A stretch of 62,746 nucleotides of DNA, the filler included, from Rhabdomonas costata (lineage: Eukaryota), in the NCBI GenBank assembly GCA_019059605.1. It is 33 parts of 33 records of this genome, joined end to end, with 100 filler letters (N's around TTAATTAATTAA, not from the genome) between each part and the next. Parts side by side here need not be neighbours in the genome. Positions count along the whole stretch, not along the records: positions 11,430 to 13,235 come from JAHMHO010008787.1; positions 13,336 to 15,138 come from JAHMHO010008788.1; positions 15,239 to 17,043 come from JAHMHO010008789.1; positions 17,144 to 18,948 come from JAHMHO010008790.1; positions 19,049 to 20,853 come from JAHMHO010008791.1; positions 20,954 to 22,760 come from JAHMHO010008792.1; positions 22,861 to 24,660 come from JAHMHO010008793.1; 26 more parts are not named here. One strand, written 5' to 3'. The translations under genes were made by a program, and so were the position numbers. The number at the start of each line of letters is the position of its first letter. The first letter of the stretch is position 1. The notes under the pieces are model-generated. The model searched no databases, was not told where the DNA came from, and saw only the letters and a program-made list of their open reading frames with translations. Shown piece by piece: positions 13,084 to 24,112 of the stretch.

Positions 13084-14965
13084 TTTCACAGGGAAAAAAC
13101 AAACTTTATATAATCCAGGAAATTCCAGGAAAAGACAGACACACTGCCTGACACTAAACGGTGTACAAACCATAACGAACCCACCTGACATCCTGGCTGA
13201 GTTACAACTTTGAGTGATCCCGTCGCGTCCCCCCANNNNNNNNNNNNNNNNNNNNNNNNNNNNNNNNNNNNNNNNNNNNTTAATTAATTAANNNNNNNNN
13301 NNNNNNNNNNNNNNNNNNNNNNNNNNNNNNNNNNNGGGTTGTGAGAGAGTGGGCGTGCGAGAGGCCTCAGACACGAGGGCGCGGCGAGGGTAACAATGCC
13401 CAGCCATACTTCCGTTCGGCTTCCGTTCGGAAAGTGGCTGCACGTGGTACGGGGGCGACAGCCCTCACCTACTTCTCCCTCTCGGAGGGGGATTAGGCAA
13501 GGCTGGTGACCGGTCAACCGTTACAGTGAGTCAGCGGAAGTCAGCGGAGATCGTCGGATGGGTACCGCCCTGCGCTGGAGTGAACCTCCTTGGACGACTG
13601 CGGCTGCGAGCAAAGGGGTGTGGAGTTCGAGTGGGTCACCGGCTGGTCACGCAATTGGGGCCGTGGGATACTTGAACAACGACGATGCCCCTTCGGGCAG
13701 CTCAGTGTACAGTCAGGCCACCGTAAGCCGAGCCAGCGAAATTCCCGCCTCTAGCTGGTCGGCGAGCGGTGCTGGTGTGATCCGGGGACTGAAAAGGAAA
13801 CACTGGGACAGTGGGGCACCGACTGGGAGTCCTGAGTCCTACAGAAGGAAAGGAAAGGCGGAGTTCGGCTGTTCGGACAAGCGCAGAAGACCGCAACAGA
13901 GGAGGACGGTTTACTCCGCCCAAGACAGCTTTGTCCATCGCCAGCTGCCCCACGGTCGTTTAAAAGCCGTGGACAAGGGTCCTAACCCCATTTCCCCCTA
14001 ACGCCATTTCCAGTCTGCGACAGAGAGTGCCTCACTCCGCAGCAGACAACCCCTCCGGAAAGTCACAGTTTCCTTCGGAAACTTCGCGACACAGAGGGGA
14101 AACACGAAGGAAGTCACACAAGGGTGTGGGCTTGGACCAGAGGGCATCTGGGCGTGACCTCCGGCACTGCGCAAAGGGGCGGCACACACTCTCACCCCAA
14201 TGCCCGTGGTGTTGTCCAGCACGAACAGCACCGCGATCGCGCCAAAAACCAACATGTGTGCAGACCAAGCAGCACAAGGGTGGGGTTGCTCGCGGAGGAC
14301 AGCACAACCGAGAGAGCGAGCAGCCGTGGTACAGACCACACACGGGAGGTTGGTAAGTGGGTATTGGGAGAAAGTTACAAAGAGGGCACAAGAGAAAGTT
14401 ACAACGTGTCGTCCTCCACGCAACACCTAGGGGACGCCATAAAAAGGGGGAGTGACTGAATTTATAATAACTGAGTTAGAATTTTTTGAAAAATAAAATT
14501 TCAGGGTATACCTAAGTTCATTGATTTTCCACCAAGTTTCAGTTTCGTCAGCAGCGTTACCCTACCTCATTGGATTTGTGTCGAAGTTTTTTTGCGCCTG
14601 TTTACTCCTCCGCAGGAAATGGCCTGGAGGCAGTACTATTATATGGAAATTTGGATTTTCGGCACCCTCCCTGTTTTTGGGCTTGAATTTTTCCGATTAG
14701 AACCCCCCTTAAAAAAAAGGTCAGCACCACATGCAAAAAAAGTGCATCCTTTTATAAGCACCAATTCCTCTGGGCACGTTGACGTTTCAGTCGTGCACCC
14801 TCTGCAACCGGTTGTGCAGCAGTGAAGGCAGTGAAGTGGCTAAAGGTTCTTCCCTTCCTCATCCCGTGAGGGAGGGGACCCTCAAAGAAAAATTAACTCG
14901 ACTTGAAAATTTGGAAAATTTCATACGCCCCCCCCCCCAGCAGTGTGTGCCAGGTGTGAGAATGC

Positions 14966-15107
14966 CTGTGAGAATCTTCTTCACAGGGTTCCGCTTCATG
15001 TACTCGTAGCTGAACAGGATGCAGGCGAACACCAAGCCCCAGCCCACGGCAGGGAGAAGCCCCACGAAGAACGCGGCCACCACTAGTGCCCACACCAGTG
15101 CATACTC
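14966..15107 (-). CDS. SulP/SLC26-family anion transporter exon (last transmembrane segments leading towards STAS)
   Basis: EYALVWALVVAAFFVGLLPAVGWGLVFACILFSYEYMKRNPVKKILTG resembles the EY..IW....G....V..G...AC..F...Y segment of SulP proteins. A polypyrimidine-CAG acceptor precedes it. Confidence 0.6.
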
Positions 15108-15238
15108 CTGACAGAGAAAAACCAAACACCCAACACACNNNNNNNNNNNNNNNNNNNNNNNNNNNNNNNNNNNNNNNNNNNNTTAATTAATTAANNNNNN
15201 NNNNNNNNNNNNNNNNNNNNNNNNNNNNNNNNNNNNNN

Positions 15239-17043
15239 CCTCTCCCCACGTGATCTTCATTCCGAGGTACTCGAGCGCCCCTCGCTGCTTTCTGGTGCTC
15301 TTGTATTCCATTCCGTATTGGGATGTGGTGGGAATTCTTCCCGTCATGGTCAGGATATCGTCGATAAACCTGCAGTTGTCTTCAACATCTTCAGGGTTCA
15401 TGTGCTCGCGAAGTCTCGCTCAGGTATGTAACACGCAAGGTTCGCCAATTGTGGGGCACACTGCAGGCCCATACCAAAGCCTTTAACTTGCCTTTTTATC
15501 CTGTGTCCCCACTTCAGGTACCCGTTGTTCACCACAAACGCCACCAACTCGTGCACTTCTTCCCGCGACCACCCCAATTGACCTGCTTCGCCCGTGTCCT
15601 GGACCCAGCCTTTCCTTGAGAGGCGCAGATGCTCACCTTTTTGTTCTTCGTATTGCCAGGCTTCCTCAACTGCTTCGGCAACTCTCTTTCGTAGAAGCTC
15701 TTGGTCGAACTTGGGGTACATTGTGATGAAGTCGACCGTGTCTGCTGCTCTCCATTTGTCGAGATTCTCTGCCTTGAATCGGATCGGCTGCACCACCTCC
15801 TCCACACTCATGACAAACCATGCCTTTTTGGGCTCTCCCCTGTCCATGCATTCCAAATCCTTCTGCTTGAGGCTATCCATCACCTGATTAAGGACTCCCA
15901 CAAGTTCCATTCCCGCTCCAGCGATGGAGCCCTGGGGCTTCTCTCTGACCCCTTTCTGCTTCTCGGTTTTGGTTTTCTTGACTCCCGAGATTATCCTCAG
16001 TTTTATTTTCGCACTCTTCCAGATTCCATATGGTTAGGGGAGCCTTTCGTTCGTTTTCAATCCTCGCTTGACAAGGAAAGTTCGATGTCGTGCCAGTATG
16101 TCTTCTCCTTCCTTCACATCCTCAAAGGTTTCTTGGCTCTGCATCTCCTTGTCCATCTCGTGCATGTACAACTTCTTGCAGATGGCCACGATTACATGGG
16201 GCGCACGGTCTTCTTTCGTGAAGACGATGCTCCGGCACAACCTTTCTGCCATTGCTGAAGATTGTTGCCTTTTGGATATAACGCGCGCCATTCTCTGGCC
16301 AGCACTCTCTGCACGAGCACGGCCCTCTTCCATTCTTCTAGCTGCTCAATGCCTTGTTGTGCCGGCTTGTTTTTGCTGGCCCAGAAGTTGATGTACTTCT
16401 TGAGACCTTCGTCGATTGCCGTCCTGAGTGACTCAATCCCCATGTCCACTTTGAATTTGTGCCCCTTCCTCAGGGCGGCGCGCAGGATGGGGCTGTGGAA
16501 CTTCCTCATCTCCACTGTACAGAGGTGTCCTTTCCATGTGTCTGCTGGTGTGATGTTGCGGACATGCTCTATGCAGTACACGTCTCCACAATATGTTCTT
16601 CGTCCCCTTCGATGAAATCCCCCATGGGTGTGGAGGCCTCTTCCGCGACTTTCTGGACGTTGATGAGGGTTTGGGGTAGCGGTGCCACGCTTCGCTCGCA
16701 AATCCATAAGCGCTCTGCTTCCTCAGGGGCGGGGTGCTTCTTCGTTATATGCGGGGACCTGAGGATTGATCCCAGTCCTCAAACTTCGTGCCACAGAGGA
16801 TACCATCAGCACTTTCACATAGTCGCCATCTGGTTTGTCTCGCTTTTGTCTTTCTGCGTGGACCGCGGTCCTCAGTGCCCTCTCCAAACGCAACCTTGAT
16901 CCTTGTGCTGGCTCTCTGCTGACGTAGAGGTGTTGCAGCAACGTTTTCTTCTCATCTGTCCTCAGTCCTGCCAGCACATCTTTTACTGCGGCGCCATTTG
17001 CCATTCGATCTAGCACTTCCTGAATCTTTTGTTCACCAACAAC
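15239..17043 (-). mobile_element. Degenerate Penelope-like retroelement (PLE), reverse transcriptase and N-terminal region
   Basis: Intronless, with motifs in PLE order: GHLCT..LRAALRKGHKF, IVFTKEDRAPHVIVAICKKLY, LP*PYGIWKSAK..LRIISG, TVDFITMYPKF, RQVKGFGMGLQCAPQLANLACY, RFIDDIL, LEYLGMKI. It has about four frameshifts and one in-frame TAA. Confidence 0.9.
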
Positions 17044-19539
17044 NNNNNNNNNNNNNNNNNNNNNNNNNNNNNNNNNNNNNNNNNNNNTTAATTAATTAAN
17101 NNNNNNNNNNNNNNNNNNNNNNNNNNNNNNNNNNNNNNNNNNNGGGGGTGTGGTGCGCCTGGTAGGAGGACAGTTGTGGCTTGCAGCAGGTCTGGCAGAG
17201 CATCGACATCTTGGAAGCCGACATTGCTGGATTGCTTGGAAGGCTTTCGGTGGGAAACACAAAGTTAGAAATAGGAGAGGCTTTGCGCCTGAGTCGATAA
17301 ATGATGAGGAAAACATAAGAGAGCATGACATTCCCTTACGACGCAGCAGACCTTCGGGTCACAAGCTCATCCGTGGAACTGAGGTAAGCACAATCGCAAG
17401 GATAACAAGGAGCAAATGCCTGCTCTGACAAAAGGTGTTCGGAAAGTATACTTCAGTACAATTGAGGATGCACCAGCCTCGGGCAGATATTGTGTACTAA
17501 GCACAACCTTTCAAAAGACTGCTCCGGTGCTAGGAATCCAATTTGACGTCGTTATGGTCCTCTGTGCGGATTTTGCAGCAAGGTTTGTTGGGGAGCATAA
17601 GCCGAACCACAGCAAGCTTTCCATACTCGAAAGGGTGAAAGCTATGCTTTAAGGCCCGACCAGAACGGGCCCTTGAAAAACAGGTCTCCTTCAAATCAGG
17701 CCCCTTGTAATGTCACTCTTGTCCCACCTCTTTCCCTTCATAGCCAGAAGGTGAGGAAAAAGAGATGTCACACGGATCACGGCAATACGGCTGTCGGGCG
17801 GGAAAACTTCGACTTCAATAAAAACAATACCCGGGAAAAATATACCATCGAATTAGAAAGAAAAAACAAAAAACACGCCACCCAAAACTCCCTCCCCTTC
17901 CATAAAAAGCTGATCATCTGCACATCCAAGGTGCCGATGCAATTCTGTGGGGACTCTGCACCTCGCGTAGACGGAAGATGCAACAGGCAAAGGCACAGCG
18001 GTGAAAATATCGGGAAGATCCTGCCGAAGATCACAGCCCATTTCTAAAAACAATCAGGAGCCTGTTTCTGGATGCAATCGACGAAAGAAGCGACATAAAA
18101 GCTCAAGTGCATAGAAACTGGGGGGAAAATCCATTCCTCTGTCATTCTGTGTTATGAGAGCCAAACAGAGGTGAAAACCCACTTGACATATAACATAATG
18201 CAAGCGATAGGCCACGAGAAGGGACGGCCAACAGGTGGGGACAGTGGATAATAACAAAAAAATACAACAGCGACTCACCCAGTTTACCACTGCGCAGCAG
18301 CATCTGAGGGGGACGGTGTGCTAATCTGTGTGTGTGTGGTTTGGGTTTGTGCTTTGGAAAAGCAGAGCCAAGCACGGAAGAAGCAGAAAAGTTTCGGTCT
18401 ATTTGGGGGAATTCAGCCACGGGGGTCGGAGCATGGCCGGAGCCCTGGCATTCGCGTTGGCCTTGTCACCAGCGGCGCTACGGAGGCTCTGGCGCACCAC
18501 CACCGCAACTACCGCGGCGGCCCACGAGGCCAGCGCTGATGCAGAAAAAGGAATTGCAGTGACAGCGCGCAGCGTTTATCCTCTGAGCGAGGATGCCTAT
18601 AGGGGATACATTATTTGAGGGCGACGAGAAGGGTCGCCGTCGCCGTCGGAGATAAAGCTCGATCGGTAGCAGGGCACGCGGGAACGCTGCGATGAAACAA
18701 ACGCTTGCATACGTATGCACTGGGCACATGATTTGTTTGCAGTCGAGAGCGTTTCTCCCTTCCGACATGCGGAGGTCCTCAAGAAGCGATGACAAAAACA
18801 TCACACACACCTCCTCCTCCTCGATGACACACACCTGCGCCCACTGCGGTGGGGTGGACCAGCACCACGTCCACCAAGGCCGTGTGGTTGCGCCAGCGAT
18901 AGGCGGCGGCCAAGCCCGCTATCGCCCTGACCAGAACCCCCCCCACACNNNNNNNNNNNNNNNNNNNNNNNNNNNNNNNNNNNNNNNNNNNNTTAATTAA
19001 TTAANNNNNNNNNNNNNNNNNNNNNNNNNNNNNNNNNNNNNNNNNNNNATTGAACAAATAGCAAAGACGTTGGCTCGTCCAATCAGAGCATTCACGCCCA
19101 CCCACAAGAAATGCTTCTTCTTCACCAATCAAAGCGTATCAAGACCACCAAAACACCAAAATATGGCATCAGCACTGACGTGTTTTCGGGAAGGGGGAGG
19201 GGGAGGTGCAGACACGGAACATAGAGCTAAAGAAAAACCAAAAGCTAAAAATACACGAGCATACGCGCAGTGCTCCCTTAAATTTCACCAAAACCCCTGG
19301 GGCTTATAGCCTGGTATGCGGTCCCCCGGAGCAATGCCCCAAACGACCGAGCAAACCGCCGGGCATAACCCCGGCCACTGTCTTCCATATCCATGTGCTG
19401 CCAACCCCATCAATACAGTGGCACGGGGTTCTAATCCCCAGTCTCTTCCCAACAATAACATCTGGCTGTTCCGAGCGTGCAGACCACACGACTTTCATTA
19501 AGACCCGCTCAAAGAGCGAGACGCTAGGCACTTCAACGG

Positions 19540-20675
19540 CTAGCCCAGGCACCGCTCCACGTGAGCCACCATGGCCCTTTCAGAAGTCCCGGGCTCAAAT
19601 GCAGCTCCGCAGATGGGGCAGCTGGAGCCCTCGCTGGGACCTGGCGGAGGAGCACTGACGGGGGTGGGGCCGGTCCGGGCACTCGAGGCGAGGCACTGCT
19701 CCACATGGTTCCCGATATACCTTTCCGAGGCGTCGATGGGGAAGGAAACTCCGCAGATGGGGCACGGCTCTCTTCCCTGGGGCACAGGTGAGTCTCTGGG
19801 AATTCCGCCCTGCCAGAAATTAACGATGAGGATCAGGCACAAACACGCATCAATCGGAATTCGGGCGTCGAAGAAAAAGGGAAGAACAGCTAATGACAAG
19901 GGCACAGCATGGTGCTACAGCACTTCACCTCGCATAAACCCCACGTCTCGGCCACCTACAATGCGGACACACCTGGAAAAGAGCAGGGAACTTAAGATAA
20001 AAGCTGTATCCATTGACAAAGATCTTCGATCACTCCGGAAACGGGAACACTTCAAGCGCAGGTGCGGCACCTGGAGCGGCGGGTCATGCGGGTGGGCGAC
20101 CGAGGAGGAGAGTTCTGGGCAGGCCACCTCGGAAGCGGGGACCGGAACTGGCGGAGGCCCAGCCGATCGCTGCAGGCACTGTGTCACATGGTTGCTGAGA
20201 AACCGCTCCGAGGCATCCCCGGGAAACGGCTCCCCACAAATGGGGCACGCCGCCACCAGCCCACCCCCCTCACAATGTGTTGGTCCGACCCCCGAGGGGA
20301 GCTCCGTCACACACAGATCCCGTGAAGGCTGTTGCAACGTTGGGTCCTCTTGAGGAAAGGTATCCCGGATAGGCTCATCGCAGTACATGGCAGTCTCATT
20401 GGCTTCTAACCCCACACTGCAGGGAGATAAGGAGCCCGCAGGCCGCGGCCGGCAGTCCTCCACCTCACCATCCCATTGCTCACCCTCAGTGTCGACGCGG
20501 TCGGCAGAAGAAGCCCTCTCACTGAGAGTTGGGGAGCAGAGAACCTCAAGGGGCAGACCGTCGCTTGTTCCGGCGCAGGGTGGCACAGAGGAGGCTGACA
20601 CCTGAGCAGGGGCCGTTGCGGGAGTCAGCGGGGTGCTGCGAGGACGGGCAGCGGCCACTTCAGAATCCAGATCAC
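19540..20675 (-). CDS. Protein with three C-terminal UBZ-type C2HC zinc fingers (exons 20675-20071, 19809-19540), 5' partial
   Basis: CPICGEPFP...NHVTQCL, CPICGVSFP...NHVEQCL and CPICGAAFE...AHVERCLG*. The GT-AG intron is in phase. Confidence 0.8.
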
Positions 20676-23600
20676 CTGCATTCAGCAACACACCCCGCCG
20701 AACACGACAGAAAAAATGCAGAATCGGTTGAGAAACGGGGATCCAGAAAGGATACATTCAAGCTGATGTCAAACAGGTGCGCGCGCGCACACACACACAC
20801 ACAGACGCACGCACACACACACACACACCCCCACCAAACACACCCACAACACANNNNNNNNNNNNNNNNNNNNNNNNNNNNNNNNNNNNNNNNNNNNTTA
20901 ATTAATTAANNNNNNNNNNNNNNNNNNNNNNNNNNNNNNNNNNNNNNNNNNNNGGGAGCTCGGAAGGAGGGCAAGCCGCCCAGGGAGCTTTTTCTAGTGG
21001 TCGATCCATCTCTCATGTGTGTCTTCACAGCCCACAGTGCTGCCGTCCGCCTCGTTGGGTGAGTATGCCGTGGGTCTGGCTTATTTCCGTACGCCGTGTG
21101 GTTGTCTCTCGCGCTCTCTCGCTCTCTCGCTTACTCTGAGTGAGTATGCACTGCGCATCGGGTTTCGCCTGTGCTGTGCAAAGAACCGAAAAGATTCCTA
21201 CGATTCCTCCGTTTCTTGGATCTGTGATGTAAATTAGGGTGAGGTGTGCGCCCAGGCTGCAGCCTGCGGACCCTCTACGGGGGTGACCTGCGGAAGGAGC
21301 CTGGCGCCCTTTATACCTTCTCTGATCTGTTCATTCAGGGATTTGGTTCTGCTTGTGTGTCCAGGGCAACTTTTGTGAACGTGGAGAAAAGTTTGCTTTT
21401 GGACTCCGATGTGAGCGCTGTGGCGGGAGACTGGTGGGAGGGGGGAATCGGGAAGCGGAGGGGCGAAAGGGTCTGCAGATGGGGATCTGCGCAGTAGCAT
21501 CAGTTAAATCTCTTTTGTGGTTGCGAGTGGGATTTGTGGCTGGCTCTTTTCCCTGGACGGGTGTCCAGTGCCCAGTGCATCTGATATTACCTCGTTCGTT
21601 TCAATAGTCTAAAATGGTCCGACCGAAGGATTGGCAAAACGCCTTTCCCAGAGATTTTCTTTTGTTTTTCCGGAGTCGTAATGAGGTGCTTTGTATAGCG
21701 AACCTTATCTGTCAAACCGCGATTCAAGCACTGCGTGAACTCACACCTGTTTCTCTTTATGGTTCCGCGATCCTTGGATTTTTTTTGTCGCTACGCATTT
21801 GAATGAAGGCGTACTTGCTTTCACTCTCACAAGGTCTTCAAGTGTGGTGAGGCGGTGAGGAATCAGTGTAATGCCCACTTCGGACGTTTGTGAAGTGAAG
21901 CGCACTGGGACATTTGTGAGAGTGCGGGAAGACTCCCTCAAAACGCCCTTCCAGAAGCCGGGCTATGGGCGTTATGGAAGGAGGCAAAGTCTCTGGGGCC
22001 GGACTCGGCCACCCATGAAACCAGCTTGCCCTGCACACAGGACAGAGGAGGCGATTTTTTCGGGGCGGGCAAGGCGGAATGACTCTTCGTTTCCTTTTGA
22101 TTAGAAGCCACTCCTTTTCGCAATTGTGTGAAAGGGGGTTTGGGTACCTGCAGACTACTGTTGTAGTTTTCTCTGTGTGTGCTTTTTTGCTTCACCCTTT
22201 ACCGTAGCAAAGCAATGCAGCCCTACAACCCCGCCAATGCTTTTCTGCCCACAGGTGAAGCCCCCGATGCGCAGTGAAAAGGGGGGCGGGGGTAAAGCGA
22301 AGAAGAGAATTGTTTCCTCCCTCTGTTGTAGCAGCTGGAGGTCCAGCAGTGCGGGATAGGTCCATTGTGTGAGGGAGCACGAGGATCTTTGTTTTCGTCA
22401 AAATGTGGTTTCGATGGTGCAGAACACGTCGGGGTGTTTCCTGCGTACACCTGTGTCTTTGGTAAAGACGGGAGATGTTGGGTGTCCTCCCTCCCTCCCT
22501 CTCTCTCACTCTCTCAATCACTTCTGCCTGGTTCGGGGTCTCAGGTGTGCGCATGCCGTGGTTCAAAGCCACGCAGCCAAAGAGCACCGGCAGCGCCAAT
22601 GCCAACCGCAACGGCAGCTTCGTCTCCGAGAAGCAAGGCAAGCCCACCCCCCCGCCATCGCCCGCCATCCGCCGTGTTCTTTTTTTTTTGAGAGGGGGGG
22701 GGGTGTTTCCTCTCCCAAAGGATTCAAGGGATTGCTGTAAAGCGCATGCCCCACCCCCCCNNNNNNNNNNNNNNNNNNNNNNNNNNNNNNNNNNNNNNNN
22801 NNNNTTAATTAATTAANNNNNNNNNNNNNNNNNNNNNNNNNNNNNNNNNNNNNNNNNNNNTCGTCAGTTAACTACAAGTCTAGGTGTGTGAAAGGGGACG
22901 CTTGAGTAACCACATCGAAACTTAGCCAGGCACTTGAAGGATTGATCGCAAGGTCATCCAGATGGCAAGTCATGGTCATGGTCGGTCACACTCGCTCCAC
23001 TTCGCTCCTGTTCCCTCCTGACGTCACACTCGTTCACATTCGTTGCACTCATGTTCACTCCTGTTCCTCTTTGTTGGTTGTGCGGTTCACATTCGCAATC
23101 GCTACGCTCATGCTCATGTTCATGTTCACGGAAGGATACCCGGTTCACATTCGTTCCTTGCTACGCAATGTCACTCACGTTCACTAGGGAGTAAGGACCG
23201 ACAAGAGGAAAGGAAGACAACCCCATGACTCCATTCGCTACCCGCTGATGTCGTCATGGGGCCCCCTATTCTTTGCTGGTCGCATACTCGCACTACGTGC
23301 TCGTATGCTCCACCAACATACGCCCCTGCGAGGCCCCCACCCTACCACTACACACCCCTAGCTACCATCAGTGCTTCGGGCCACGTCATCAGGGGGCCTC
23401 GCATCACGAGAGTTGGAGGTCACCGGCAGGTAGCATACACGTAGGGGCATGTCGAGGTCAGGAACGTAGTGATATGAGGCATGGGGATTCAGTACATTTA
23501 GGCGTTACCGTGACCGTGACCATTACTCTCTTTGTCTCTCCTGGTCCATTAGCTGGTCCTTTCCTCAGCGGGTGCAGTTTTGATGACACCCAGGGCAGCG

Positions 23601-23775
23601 CTAGCTGAGGCTGTGCCCTGTTAACCAAACATTCTCCGCTGAAGAAGACACTTATCCTGGTTGACCATGGTAGTTCACATTCTTTTTCCCTCCGCAACCC
23701 GTTTCGGACTGTTTTGCGCTTCCGCCCAGGCCTCCCTTTTTTTCCGGCAGCTTCGCATGGGTTTCTCGCGCTCAG

Positions 23776-24112
23776 GTTCCGGACAACGTCGAGGACCCGG
23801 TGGACTTCCACAGTGAGGTGTTCAACCCCTTGCTGGCCGAGATGATCTCCAGCGCCCGCACGCGGTCCTTGGAGTCGCTGAACCCTGCCCACCCCTTGCT
23901 CGCACTGGCCTCGGCGGGGTGCCTCCCAGACCTTGCCGTACCCTCGCCCGGCGGCAGCCCCACGGGCTCTGCCGTAACCAGCGGGCGGCGGAGAAGTGTG
24001 GCCACCGTCATGGGGGAAACCAGCGTGCGCAGCGGGTACAGCGTGGCCACGGGCGTGGAGGACCCGGATGGCGGACCGAGGGGCTCGATTTGCTCGGACT
24101 CGTCGCTGGCCT
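23776..24112 (+). CDS. Hypothetical protein, single internal exon
   Basis: GC3-rich open frame (PDNVEDPVDFHSEVFNPLLAEMISS...) after a ctcag acceptor, flanked by pyrimidine-rich intron-like DNA. Confidence 0.5.

Noticed and set aside
13558..14001. 147-aa Ser/Gly-rich ORF
   Set aside because: No motif, splice support or clear codon bias. ORFs of this size are common by chance at this GC content, as are most entries in the ORF track.
15239..15910. RT as a bacterial retron, group II intron or DGR enzyme
   Set aside because: The motifs and N-terminal blocks are PLE-like, and no ncRNA, template repeat or maturase features are visible.
9524..20675. Apparent ubiquitin/retroelement cluster (USP, PLE RT, UBZ protein) as one system
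   Set aside because: These lie on separate contigs of near-identical length joined by spacers, so there is no evidence of linkage.
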